In this document: positions 37,801-51,360 of the stretch, in pieces
How positions within the stretch are numbered: position 1 is the stretch's first letter
Layout: each line of letters opens with the position of its first letter
Assembly: GCA_010909165.1 (NCBI GenBank)
Contig: VJWM01000011.1
Location: 1,550,001-1,614,000 of the forward strand
DNA length: 64,000 nt
Direction of reading: 5' to 3'
Source: Anthoceros angustus
Taxonomy: Eukaryota; Plantae; Anthocerotophyta
The notes under the pieces: generated by a model
Told to the model about the DNA's origin: nothing
Seen by the model: only the letters and a program-made list of their open reading frames with translations
Database searches by the model: none
Translations under genes and position numbers: made by a program

Positions 37801-39558
37801 CAACAAATTACTGGATGTGTCTCCATGAAGACAAGTTTGATCCGTTTCTTATCCCCGCCCATCCACATCCTTGCCCACAACTTGGTATTGGAAGCATCTC
37901 CATTTTAGAAGAGCATTAGGTGAACATTTATAGAAGTCTCCAGGATGAACTTAAGCTTATTCACCCCACATAGGACACAAGTGCCTTGCAGACATGCGAG
38001 CATGCATGCATCATGCCGCACAAAGAGCACTTTGACAAAGCAGTCTCAGCACGCCACACATGTGGAGGAGCATTACAAACAATGGGAGATGTACCCAAAA
38101 GCACCGGACCTCACAAGAACAATGGCAAAGACCACGGGGATGGACACGAGAGAGAGTCCCACGGAGGCCATTCAACGCATCCTTCAAAAAGGCCATCTCC
38201 ACATGATACCGCAACAACAAAGATTACGCTCCTGCAGCTCTTCACAAAAATGGCTTCAACTTCTCAAAGCTCCTGCCCTACTTGAATGTTCGGGTGTTCC
38301 TCACAAAAGCGCAGGTAGAATTCAGTCTGCACAACCCACACATGCGATTCGCCACACCTCAGATGAACTTGAACACCGCCACAATTTGCCCACAAGGCCC
38401 CAAGCAGATGCCTAATTGAAGTTCGGGGCAACATCTACACTAAGCATTTACACACGGTGAAATGAGTCGAAGCTTACAAACCCACAGCTTTGCAGCCAGA
38501 GCCTCATTACGACTTGGTACATGCAATCACTACACCTCAAATGAACCAGATGCCACTAAATTTTTCATCATGTCCCCAAGCGGATGGCCAACTAAGGTTA
38601 CAATCAACATGTACACTAGGCATTCACACACACTCGACAAGGAGATGCCCAAAGATGTAAAAGGCAACCAAGAACATGGATTTGTGCATCACACAAAGGC
38701 ACAAGACCATGACCCAAAAGCGTACTTGCGACATGTCAAGAAAGTGCGTGATGTGGGTGATGAAGGTTTTAGCTTCTTTGTCGCAGCTTGGTATCTTTGT
38801 GTTTGACGAAGGACGCGATTCCCAAAAGCGGGCGATGCTTGCTTTCACATAGGCCGGAAGGATGTCGACCTTGCTTTCCTTCCTTCCCACACCATGTTCT
38901 CGGCACGAAACATATCCTCCACACTGGTGCTCAAAGCTTGATGGATCCGCCTCCGCTCACTCCTATGTGCCGAGAAAGGCTCGAAACCGACCCTTTCCTT
39001 GGATATCCTCGATAAGATAATGTTGAACAAGGTGTTCCTTGCCCGCAATTTGTCACCAACTTGAACATCCTTTAAACTTGTGCAAGCCTCACGCACATTC
39101 TTCAACAACAATGCTCCCAATTGGCATCTTTGGCATCCTGTCGAGCTCTTGGTGAAACATCTTGACAATGGCGGTTACTAAACTTCTCGAATGTCTTGAC
39201 GACATTCTCGCGTGTATCCACTTGTAAGCTCTAGAAGCGATGACCTAATTTGCGAGCCACATCCCGCTTTGCGGCGTCGAGCATTCCTTAACACCTGCCA
39301 TAGCTCGCCGCTCTCTAAACTTACATGCACGGACTTGAAGTTTGGGCACCCCGAGTTTCTTGCACGGTAGCGATTTGCATCCTCTTGCTCCACCTTCCTC
39401 TCTTGCCGCATGGGTCCCCTGCGTTTGACCTCTCTCGAGGAATACCAAGATTCCTTGTTATTCTCCTTCCGGCAACTCTTGAACACCGGCTTCACTAGAA
39501 GATGCTTGACAGGCCGGGCCTGGGCACAGGCGTTCTCGCCCCGTCGGCGTTTACTCAT
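34894..39558 (-). mobile_element. Degenerate DDE transposase, probably Sola-like, with the catalytic segment present three times
   Basis: Motifs DFS(E)NYAFGVQDEIQSMHW, WSDGAASQFK (ORF 37289-37642), YFGSGHGKGEHDG, Cys-rich RYHVE...CHCSCEV and C-terminal GDNFMV. An approximately 785-bp unit recurs at 35819, 36600 and 37390. The superfamily call rests on recalled motifs. Confidence 0.65.
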
Positions 39559-42500
39559 CGGCTCCGATTGATGGTGACCGAGCCATGCCCGCTACACGCA
39601 CAACCCTAAACAAAAGCATACTGTAGACTCCAACTTTGTACCCAGCGGGCCAAGAACAAGCCGGGCACAACCCTAAAAGCACCGATCACCTCGTGGCAAG
39701 CTCGCGCCTCCACGGATCCGGTTGTAGGGTGTAGACGCAGCTGTGGTGATCCTACAAGGTGATACTATCCCACCACCGTGCACATCCAGCTTCCCCTCAG
39801 TTCCATGAAAGCCCATCAAGAACCAGCTTAGAAATACAATGAACCAAGGACTACCTAAACCCAAATGCCACCTCGCCTACCACTTCCCCGCCACCTCAAT
39901 CCACCACTCCCTTGCCAACCCTTGCCACCCCGTACCAGCAGTCCCCTGCCTCAACCCACCACTCGTCCCGCCACATATACCCACCACATGAGCTAAGTCC
40001 AAAGCTCTCATCAAAGAAAACGTTTATCAAACATGAGATCTAAGTAACTGCGCTCCACATATCAGTTCCAGCTCATGCTACATAGTCCACATCGGCGGAC
40101 CTCAAGATAAGCCTACTCTACCTGTGTGCCGAGATCCTCCTCCTTGTGTGGTGTGGTGACCTCTTCTGACAGCAACCCTAAATCGAAGTGCGGCGAAGTG
40201 CCGCGCGGCAACTCAAAATTTGTTCAGTTACACGCTGATGATCCGTTTGCTCATCTCGTAAATATGCTACAAAATGATTTAGGTAAGGGCCAGAGTGCCC
40301 GCTTACCTGCCTGTTCTCGGGCCCACTTCGTAAACATAGTGTGACAAGTGCCCGCTGAGTGAGACAATGCCCATCCCAAGTAGTCTCTAAATTTAGACTT
40401 TCATTTTGAATATTTTCATGAGTATTTTAATTTTAAATTTTAATCTCATGTAGAAGTGATATATTTGTATATCTTGTAAAAAATCAGACGAGTTTAGAGA
40501 AGAAATAAATTAGTTAAAATTATTAACGTTACATGAGGACAAAATAACAATGTTTCGTCCGTTTCTCACTAATGTGAGCACCAAACCATGCTTACACCCT
40601 GAAGGTAGGACCTGCAGCGCCTCTTGCAATTCAGCATTTGAAGTGCTTAGCATCGGCGCCGGCCATGGCCACTTTCCTGACAAGTTGCGGGTGGCAGGTA
40701 GAGGCTGGCAGTGAATGCGGGGCCCTGTACGACCTCTTCAAGCAACATTGTGATGGGAAGTCTGTGTTCCCACGGTTCCATATGCATGTCCAGTACGCAA
40801 CCCGGCATGGGGGTTGTTTGTCTGAAAGGGAGACGGTTGATTTAGGCACTTCGGGCCGATCGGCGAGGCATGGCGGCAATTCTGGCAGAATCCCATGTTC
40901 TTGAACTGCGTGTTTGAGGCGAGGGACAACCCCGGGGCTGGGACACGCACCACATCAAAAGGGAAGTCCATCTCGGATGAGCAAATGTGTGGTGAGTCGC
41001 GGTGTTTGGAGTGTTCATCATAGCCCGCAGCCTTTCATTCTAACACGCAGCCTCGACTCATGCTCGGTTCTTTGGCTACCTTGTAGTACATGGTCCGGCG
41101 ATCATGCAAGTGTCATGCCCCATGACCGTACACCACGCCCTTGCCCGCGATGGCTGGCGGCGGTGTGGCAAGATGCGCCGGCTCATCGTTCTTGAAGAAG
41201 GCCTTCAAGGCGGACATGAAAGCGCATACCCGGAGGTGATGGGTGTGTTGTCTTTAAAGGCCTCGTGGCAAGTGCGAACCATCAACATGCGGCCATCAAG
41301 GAGGCCGTTGCCCTCATCACTACCGGGGATCCGAGTTTTTCGACATTTTGCACGCTTCGGGGACCGAAATTTAGCATGGAGGTGAGCATGGTGCGTGAGA
41401 GGCTAACCGAGGAGGTCTTGTTTAAAAGTGCTTGCATGTTGGGGGCTTGTCGACGGAGATTGCGGTGCATGTATTTTGACGCTTCTGGGCCAAGGTGATG
41501 CCCATTGTGAACACATATCTTGGAGGTGGTCGCTTTTTTTTCTCCGGTGCTCAAGGATGTACGAGATGACTTCCTGAATCTGGGACGACTTTTGAGGCAT
41601 GCACCCCGAGTCAAGAGCATGTTCGCCATGGCGCGGCGGAGGGTGTCTTTGCGGAAAGGGTCAGTACACCTTCATGCCGCACCTCCGCTGTGTTCTGGGT
41701 GAGGCGCCAATTGTGGTGTTTGAAGTACCATTGATGACGGAGGAGACTCCCCACGGCCATGACGTCGTGGGACATTGCTCCTTCCATTGTATGACTCGAG
41801 GACACTATGTGCGGCGAGTCGCCATTTCTCACAACACGGTTTATGGCATGGCCTAGCGTAGATTGCCGAGCCATTGTAGAGGAAGGCCAAGTCGTGTGTG
41901 ATGTGTGATGTTCTTGGGATTGTGGACTACATGTTTCGAAATGCCATCCCATTGGTAATTATTGATCTGCAAGTTGCGTGTTCATTATGCGGTGTTAGCT
42001 TGTGAGTATGTGGGGGAATAGCTTGTGCACACAAAAGGAGGCGAATTAATGCACCCGCTGCGTCGAGGACAACGCGTGGCGTGCGGAATCTTAAGAAAGT
42101 GCGGAGGAGCAATGACGCCGCGCCTGCGGGTGCCTCCGAAAATCGCGATGCCGCCTATTCAATTTCAAGCGGAAGGAAGAGTCCATGCTGGCGCGTTGAG
42201 GAGACTCCATTTCTCGCGATCGAGTTGTGGAAATCAGCCATGGCGGGTCATCAGAGAGCACCGTTTCCGGCCGAGGGCGCGACAGCGAAACACATGGGTG
42301 AAGGGACATCGGAACTAATCGCGGTCGGTCGGTGTGCAAGACTGTGAGGCGGGCGTGAGCAGTGGGGTTGGGGCGGGCAAGGCTAAGGAAAGGAGATGCA
42401 TTCATTGAGCATGGAACGAAGAAGGCGGCGGTGGCTCGTCGCGGTTGTTTTGGCGGATGGGGCCACACGAGGCGGGCGGGATCCGTTGGGGCGGAGCGAG

Positions 42501-43849
42501 CGAGGGACGCAGGCGTGGGCGGCGATGCGGCGGGCGCAGCGTTCCGGTGACACGGTAGAGGCGTCGACATCATCAGCCGTCCATGCCCGGTGTTCGCGCT
42601 TGCGGGCGACATTCGCCGTCTGCCCGCGGATGGGGCCAGGGACATGGTGGCGCATGTCTTGACGGTTGGAGACAAGGGCTGCGGGCTTGGACTCGTGGGT
42701 GGTTTTAGTGCGTGCAGGATGGAACCATGCGAAGTGGAGGATGCCCGGATGAGAGGTGGGCAATGCAGTTGTGACGGCGGGGGTTGCGGCATGCACCGAG
42801 GGTATCTATTTCAGCACATGGACACATTTGAAGTGCGGAGGCTGCGAAGAACAAGGAGCCTCCCGGCTAGGATTGGTGGGTTGGGGCGGGTCCAACGCGA
42901 AGGAGAAGGGGATGCGGGCGATGGGTTGGCCGGCGTTGAGAAGAGTCCGGCAATGGTGGTGTGGTGAGGCGGATGCAGCGAAGTCATCTTCGCTTGGTGA
43001 CGATGGTCGACGGTGTGCGTGGGTGGTTCGATCGCGGCCACGTGTACCATCGCGCGGTGGTGGACACGATGCACCTGCAGCTGCGGGGCCATGCATCCTC
43101 GCGAAAAGCATGCGTGCGACACGCAAAGGCGATGGGTGGCTGGGTGGAGTGGGGATGTGACACTACGGTGCATCGTGTATGGACCGGCCGACAGTTCCGC
43201 TTAGATGTGTGGACGGCGGGGACTACATGGGCATGTTGGCGATGGCATGCGGTCGGATCGGCGGGCGATGACAATTGCCAGCGGGAGGCGAGGGGTGCGC
43301 CGGTCGGCAGCAATGTCGGTTGCCGTTCTCCTTGACAACCAGTGCGTATGTGTTGTCGTGGACAAGGCGTGAGCTTCTTTGCGAAGAGGAGGCGGCTCAC
43401 GTCATCCTCGAGCACTGCCTTTATGGGGGAGCCGAAATTCCAGTGTAGGGGCTGCTTGCTACAAAGAGTCTCGTGTTTCTCTTCAACGCGTGCACACCGG
43501 TGGCCTATCAGTAGAGTTGTGGGGTGGAAAGGCGTAGGAATAATGGTGGGGTATTTCTTTGAAACATTGTATCGTGGATTTGTGGAAAGAAGCAAGGCGG
43601 GGGCATGAATGTCCTTAGGCATGAAATTTGGAAGCAACCAGCGTTCCGAAGTGAATAAGGCACATGCGTATGGGGCCATAGCCAATGAAAAGGAGACAGT
43701 GGCAGGAGGATAGAGCCGAGAGATGGCGGAACACCTGGGGAATCATGGGGGACGGCCCGTGAGATCAGTAGGGAGGTTCGGGAGCAGCGGGGCGATGGAC
43801 GGATTGATGGCGAGGCGAGGGGCGGATGAGGCAGCAGCGGTGTGCAGGC

Positions 43850-44480
43850 GAAGGAGGAGATGAGGGTGATATGTGGGGTGGATGCGGGGGGCATGAGCAG
43901 AGGGGATGGGGTTGGATGGAGGGCGGGCGGGCGGGGGCAGCGGAGGCGGGATGAGGAGGCGGGCGCGGGCGGGGCGAGGCGGGCGGGGAGAGGAGGCGGA
44001 GGAGCGCGGGCGGGCGCGGAGTGGGAGGGGCAAGGCAGGCGGGCGGCGCAGGCGAAGGAGGAAGGCGGAGGCGGGGCGTGGCGCCATCCGGGCGAGTGGC
44101 GGGCGGGGTGAGGCCGTGGGCGCGCGGAGGGAGGAAGGAGGGGCGGGGTGTGCGGGAGGGAGGGGCAGGCGGAGGCGGGGCCGAGGCCCGAGGCGGGTCT
44201 GGCAGGCGGAGGGGCAGCACAGGCAATGAGGAGGATGGCGGAGGGGCGGAGGAGGCTTGGTGCGGCCGTATGGCAGTGGCGGCGGAGGGGAGATGGGCGT
44301 CGCAGCAAGGGAGATGGAGGCCGAGGCGCGGAAGGACGGAGGGGGGATCCGATGGAGGAAGGAGGAAGTGTCGAGGTGGAGGTGGGAGCCATCCCCGACT
44401 CTGAGCAGGCGGCGGGGAGAGGAAGGCAGTCGGCCGGCTGCCCTTGAGTGGAGACTTTGAGGAACATCGCAGAGGGCGGA
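43850..44480. repeat. Purine-rich (G/A) low-complexity GC-rich tract
   Basis: Dense GG/GGG runs on the plus strand; the overlapping Pro/Gly/Arg-rich ORFs are compositional. Confidence 0.75.
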
Positions 44481-44589
44481 GGAGGGCGGACTGACATTGA
44501 AAGGGCTCGCAGCGAGCCGGGATGCACCAGGAGGTGGTGGCCGCACGGTGCCTGTGATGGAGAGGTCGCCACGCCGGTCCGCCGAGAAC

Positions 44590-45290
44590 AATAGAAGACG
44601 CCCGCAACCTCATCCTACAAAATGTGACCATCACGCGTGGTGTGAACTGGGAGTGAGGATTGTGCAAGATCGCGGGCCGGCCGCCGTGCCTGAGGTGTGA
44701 CGGCAGATTGCGAGCCATGCACCGGAGGCCATGGAATGAGGTCGCAGCGATTCGGGCGGTGCAATACACGAATGTAATAATCGATGTACATGTGGCATGG
44801 ATCGTGGAGTGCGGAACTTGGAGCACATGGTGGTCGCCGAGTTAGCCGCAAAGACAACGCATGAAGCTAACGGGTGCGAGTGTGCGGCCGCAGCAGACGC
44901 ACAAGATGTACATGTTCCACTTCGTGGTGCACGCGTATAGATGGGGCAACGACTACATAACGTGGGCGGGCCGGAGGACAACAAGCGGCAGAACAATCTA
45001 CAAGGCGACGCTGAGGCGGTGCATTACGAGCCATGCGGTAGGAGGCCATGGAATGAGGTCGCAGCTGCGCGTTGGTGCAATACGAAACAGGCTCGTGTAC
45101 ATGTGGCACATGTGAGTGTCGGAACTTGGAGCACATGGTGGTCGCTGGTCGATAACCCGACTGCGCCTGACAAGCTAAGGTCACAGTGTTGTCTTTCGGT
45201 ACGACAAGATGTACATGTTCCACTTGAGGTGCCGCGGCCATAGATGGGAGCAGCGCTACATAGTGGCGGTCTTTGGAGGACAACAAGCGG
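44590..45290. repeat. Diverged tandem duplication with a period of about 310 bp
   Basis: GGAGGCCATGGAATGAGGTCGCAGC near 44725 and 45040; GATGTACATGTTCCACTT near 44907 and 45208. Confidence 0.7.
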
Positions 45291-47087
45291 GCGGGAACAA
45301 TCTACAAAGGCGTGCGGAGGTTTGGGCACCCGCAGGATTCGGTCCGATTTGTTGCGGAGCACAACCTAGTTGAGAGGACTGAACCGAGGCGGAGGCGAGA
45401 GAGGCAGGAACTTCATTCGGGGCCATCGGTGCACAATCGGGTAAGGTGGATCTGGATGTCATGTGAGATTTGCCGCAATGTGCTTCCACGAATGCGGCTG
45501 CGGAACCGGAGCCCGTGCCGGAACATAGCAGGCGTGGTTGGTGGGTGGAGTGCGTGGTGTGAGGCGGCGCGCCGAGCTTCCGAAGGAGAAGTGGGGCTTC
45601 CTACAAGAGGTACATGTTGGAGCTGGCGGTAGTGAGTTGGATACCACGAACCCTTGGCACATACATTCCTTGCGACATTCATGCCACCATAAGTGAGGCC
45701 AGGTGGCGACTTTCGTTGAGTGTGGAACTTGCAGGGGTGAAGAAAATGAGGTTGGGAGATGATGACATAGCTGGCCCGTCCGCGGAGGCCTTCGAGGAGG
45801 AGCGTACGCCGCCCGGTAGGGCCGCCCGCTTATGGGGTAGGACGAGGAGGGGCGATTATTAACGACTACTATGTCCTTTGACTACCAGATCGCGCGCGTT
45901 GCAACGCCGCAGCTTCCAGGCACCGCCTCCGGGCATCGCGGTCGATGTGGGTGGGTGAACGCCGCCCCAAGACCGGGTCTCACGTGAACACAATGGGCTT
46001 GCTAATGACGACATAAAGGTTTTGTGTCAGGACATGCAAGAGTGGCCGAGGACATGGGCATCTGACCCGAGGTGCTTGGAAGTGTACAAATTACACCTCC
46101 TGACATGTTGTGGAGCTCACGGACTTGACTCTTTGGGGGTTAGGAACAAGTAGGGTTTTGCTTTTTCAGAGGTCCACAGATAGTAAAATAAGGTGGAAAG
46201 GGCGGCTGCTACCTGATGGTGCTCCCACTGGCCCGAGTGGGTAACTAATTCGCACTATTATGCCAGCCCGAGCTACGGATCGCGTAATCGGAGTAACGGA
46301 TAAGTCCCACTCCCACTCCGGGTGCCAAACAGATAAGTACGCCAGTGAAAGTAATTTAGAAGTTGAGCTGCGTGGAGGGCTGCATCGAAGCGGGCGCACG
46401 TGGGCTGACCGGGCCCCGGTGGAGGTTTGGACATGCAGCAGTGCCAGACTGAGCCAAGGGGTCAAGAGCAGCAGTGTGTATTCACGCCCGCTGGACCTGT
46501 GGGCGGGGTGCCGTAAGGCTGCAGGTACGCTGCGGCGTAAGGTCGAGGTTATGCGAGACCTCCTGCAGCTACGAACAAAAAGAGGTACCCTCCCGCTCAG
46601 CTGTTATTTCCAAACCAAGGGCCGACGAGGAGGGTCGTTTCTGGCTGTGCGACACTCGAGATTCACCCGCAGCCTCAAGGCCCGGCAACCCGGCACCTCC
46701 TCCTGGGCGCTTATCTCTTTGAACGCTCGTACCCGCTGCTCACCGCTAGTTGGAGCAACGAGTCAAGAGGGCGAAGGCGCATGCTGCCAGTCTCTGCACC
46801 AATGGAAGCTCTGACTAAAGGAGGAAGAAGGCGATGGGACCTGTGGGCACGTTGGAGGTATGGGAGCGCAACTTTGCACGGTAGGCAGCAACACCTCACG
46901 CCTGCCATTGTCCATCCCGCCCATCCTGTGCCCACTACCAGCCTTGATGTCCGCCGCACCCGGGACTTGCTCCGAATCGCTGGGTGTGAGGTCCTTAGCC
47001 GGACCGTGAGATGCCAGCCTCCCTCAGCCGGACTTTTTGGGGCCTCACCGGTGACGGCCGTGGAAGAGACACTTTGAACCTGCCACC

Positions 47088-48300
47088 ATGGACGGAGGCT
47101 CTGGGGTCTCGCGGGATGCCGAGAAGACCTAGGAAGTAGAAGCCACCAGGAGGCGCATGGTGCTCCTCCAGGAGCAGTTGGAGGCGGCCCAGGAGGCGAG
47201 GAGGAAGGCAGAAGCTCTCGGCCGCATCGAAGAAGGGAAACGCCGGGAGGCCGAAAGGGAAGTCTGGTCCATTCGACAGGACCGACTAAATCTCACCGGG
47301 TGAGCACCGGGCAGTGCATGAGGCCCAAGCGCTGGTCAAGACCTCCGGGCAGCGGAGAGGGGTAGCGCACAGAGGCGAGGAGGCCCAGAAGCAGAAGGCT
47401 CGCGACTGGCCGAGGCGGCACCGACACCAAGTCGGCAAGCCTGTGAAGGCGGCGAGGAGGCGGAAGCCCGCTAAGATCGACCGCGATCACTATCGGGCGT
47501 GATCGAACCGTGGAGGGAGACGGCAGGATAGCCGCGGGCTAACTCAAGACGGGAGGAGGCGAGGAGGAGGCGGGCCAGCCATGCCGAGGAGAAGGAAGCC
47601 CGCGAAAGGAGATGGAGGATCTCCGACTCCGCGCGAGGTGGAGCAAATGGCGAGATGGAAGACCGAAGAGAGACTCGAGTCAGCCCAAGTTACCATTGAG
47701 AGGAATGGTACTGCGGCGTGATCACGGATCACGAACGAGATAGAGCGGCTCTAGCCTCATATGGACGGAGGAGGTACATGGAACAACAGCAGGACGCCGC
47801 CGAAATGGAGAAGGACTGGCGAAGCACCTGAAGAGTTGCCCGACCGTCTGAGAGGGAGATGGCATGGAGCTAAAGCCGTGGATGAACGGGACGAGAGCAC
47901 CGGACGCAAAAGAAGCCGGTCCAGCGACAAGGCGGCGGGAGCGCCATGGCAAGCCGGCAAAGCAGAGGGAAACGACGGAGCCGGAGCAAAGTGAGCAACA
48001 AGGGCGCGTTGCGGAGAGGTGACCGAGGCGCCTTGTGGCTCGCGAGATTCGCCCGGCCCAAATGACGAACTGGCAGGAGATGGTCCAAAGAAGTTGACAA
48101 AGACGCCCCCGAGCACCAATGGCGAAGGAGTATCGTGCTCCGGGCACATGTGGAAGAGGCAATCCAAAGAATTGACTCGGATTTTGCCTACCATACCGAG
48201 CTCCTTAAGGCATTGAAGCCTCGCCCGCTACAAATCGGACGGACCCCTAAGGCTCGAAGGGGATGAAGGGCATGGGGACAAGACGGACCCTAGTGGCCCC
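47088..48300 (+). mobile_element. Possible 5-prime gag remnant of a Ty3/Gypsy-like element
   Basis: Coiled-coil-like LQEQLEAAQEARRKAE followed by an LKPRPY..G-like motif; broken by stops; no pol seen. Confidence 0.3.
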
Positions 48301-49009
48301 TGCTTTGGAGACGACGGCGGGGAGAAGAGCCTCGGAGGAGGAGCAGACGCGCCAATACAACGGACCTGTGGTAAGTCCACCGCAACCCCGCCCGGAGGAT
48401 AGAGGCGGCCCCGAAAGGCGCTGGAAGGAGAGAGCCAACCACCCAAGACAAGGGTCGGTGGGTAGGATGAGGACCTAGCAAAGAGGTCCCAGATAAGGGG
48501 TCCGGAGCTTGGGACCGGGACCCCATAATAAGTTCGGACCCCGAGGTCCGAACCCGAGATGAGACCGGACCCAGCAGACCGGACTCAGAAGGCGAACTCA
48601 AGTTCGACTCGAGTCGAGACCGGACCCCAGGTCCTGACTCGAAGCAAGGAGGAGTCCCTCCGACTTACGCCGGGGAGCAGCCACGATTCTACCGAGGGAC
48701 CCACGGGGCCAAGGGGGGAAGATGTTGTGGTAACGGCGTCACCGCCACGTGAGCCCAACCTCGATGTGATTCCGGAAGAGGAAGGCCGCCGCGGATCATC
48801 CGATTGGGTGCGCCGCAACTGTCAGGACGGGAGATTGGACCACCAATACCGAGACGGAACCTGTGACCTTCCTGTGCCCACCGCCGACGAAGGAGATAGG
48901 AGGAGGAAGCCACCCAGGTGGTGACGCCTACTACTCCATGAACTCCCCAAATAGCATAAACACATATCCTGTGGTAGACTGCGCCATCGACATCTAGCCA
49001 ATCAATCAC

Positions 49010-51360
49010 AAAATCCAACCACCGGCGTCTTCATGTCGATCCTTTTGGTATTTCAACTTCAATGTTTTGTGCCGCGCAAGTATCCGAATATCCTCTTGGA
49101 TCGCTTGATAATCTTTGTTGTCGGGGTTGGCCAAGAATCGACTCACAACTCCACTTGTCTGCCAATGTTGGGCCTTGTCTTGTTGCCAAATATGTAAGAC
49201 AGCCAACGGCACGTTGATAGAGAGTCTTATCTATCTTCTCTTTCTCCTTTTAGGTTGTAGGCTCATGCTTCCATCACCTTGCGCTTAATCTTGAATGTCC
49301 ACTTGATCCTATGCTCTTCCTTCCGTGAGGTAGAGGAGTGATTGCCCAAGTTTTGTTCTTGAGAAGAGAGTTATACTCTCACGGCTTCTTTCCACTCCTT
49401 CGCCTTTGGTCCTTCCAATGCTTCCTTTAGGCTTTGTGGTTCGCCGGCATCTGCCAATCATGCCTCCTCATATACACATGCATTCATGGATTCCAAGATC
49501 TTCTGCGAAGGTTTCCATTGTCTCGTTAATCTTCTCAAGATTGGTTTGTCTCTCTCGAATACTTCGAGCTTCCTCTTCTTCGTCAACTGCGATAATGCTT
49601 TGATCTTCATCTACTTCTTCAACCGCGACATCGAGAATTTCCCTTTCTCCCCCCTTTATGTCGCATTGTTGAGAAGGTTCGTTGGGCTCAGGAGCAGGTT
49701 ACTCAAGAGTGTCATCATACTCGGAATCCTCATCAGGGTTGTCAACATACGCCGTCGGATCCTTCATGATAACCACTGGGGTTGGAGCTCCCACTCCTTT
49801 GCTAGGTTCCACAACCTCATTAAATACAACGTCCCTGCTAAAAATGATCTTCTTCCTTGAAAGATCATACAACAGTAGCCTTAATCTCGAGAGTATCCAA
49901 GCATAAGGCACTTCACGCCTTTTGGATCCCATTTTGTTCGGGTTTGCTTGAACGTGAGCATAAACCACCAACCAAAGATCCTCAAATGGCTTATGTCGGG
50001 CTTGGCCGGACCACGCTTCCTCCGGTCATTCCAACAATAGCTTTGGTTGGAACTCGATTCAAAACATAGGTTCTTTGTAACATGACCTCACCCCAAAACG
50101 TACTTCCAAGCCACTATGATGTAACATGCATTTAGCGCCTCCACCGACTTAAGTTTGCGCTCCCACTCCATTTTGCTCCGGTGTGAGGGATGGTTAGTTG
50201 CCTTCCAATTCCATGCTCCTTGCAAAAGCGTTGGAAGTCGGTGGAGATGTATTCACCTCCGTTGTCACTACGCAAAGTCTTCGACGTTGTCCACTTGCGT
50301 TCTCCACCATGGCTTTCCATTCCTTGAAGAGTGTAAATACACCGGATTTCTCCTTCATAAGATATGTCCAGTCTTCCTAGTGAAATCATCCACAAACACC
50401 GAATGTAGCGGGCTCCGCCATGAGTGGATTTTCATTGGACCACACACATCCGTGTGTACCAACTCTAGCGCCATCTTTGCTCGTCGTGCAATCTTTGGGA
50501 ACTTAGTTCGTGTAGCTTTCCCATTATGCACCCTTGGCATAATTGCACCACCCACTTCTTTCAAATCCAAGCGAACCATATGTTGGTTCTTCATCAACTG
50601 ATATTGTCCACACCAATGTGCCCCGCGTTGATGCCATAAATCAATAGATCCAATGCTATTTTGCGAACTATCCATAAAGGTGCAAGCTTGCCTTCCCATG
50701 TACACAACTTGTACAAATTTCCTATCGGACGCCTAGCAATCACTTTAGCATTCGATAACTCAGTTGCTGATTGGATCCAAATCCTTTGGAATTGAACACA
50801 ACCTCATGACTGATCGGCAATTTTGCATGTAAAGAAGATTCCTCGCAAGATGAGGCACATGATGCACGTCCACTGAGACTCCTCCGGAAGATGGACTCGT
50901 AACACTCCTCTTCCCTTGATGTCATGTGACCTATTGTCACCAAGCGCCACCGTATGCCCCTCCGCAATACCTCGTAGCTTGAGAACCAAGGAAGGTTATA
51001 AGCGAAATCTTTGGGATGCACGAGTCAAGGTACAAACTCTCATCCTTCTTTGATGAAGTCGCTTGATCTCTTTCGGTGAAGCACGCGAAGATGTGTTCTT
51101 GGTCCTTCTCGCTGACTTGATTAGCTTGGGATGATTTCCCCTTCTTCAAGTCTACCAATCTTATTTTACAGTCCTTTGCGTGGTGATTGGGCTTCCTGCA
51201 ATAATAACAAAAGCCTTTCACCTTTCTCTTTGCATCTGTATCCTTTGTCCCTTCTAGAGACTTGGCTTGCGACGTCTTCCACCGTGATGTGCCCTTCTTC
51301 GAGAAGAGTGCCAAGCCTTCGTTGCCTTGTGTCTGGAAAGAACCATCAAGCTCCGACGAA
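49010..51360 (-). mobile_element. Ty1/Copia internal fragment (zinc knuckle, integrase, partial RT), same family as the element at 57803-62155
   Basis: CYYCRKPNHHAKDC, VHTDVCGP, KTLRSDNGGEY and KNKTW..TPLP. Reverse complement of about 58700-61530 with the central RT deleted; many indels; no LTRs seen. Confidence 0.9.

Noticed and set aside
43508-44826. Pro-rich ORFs of 282-354 aa resembling extensins
   Set aside because: Open in several frames on a stop-poor GC-rich tract; no signal peptide or regular SPPPP repeats.
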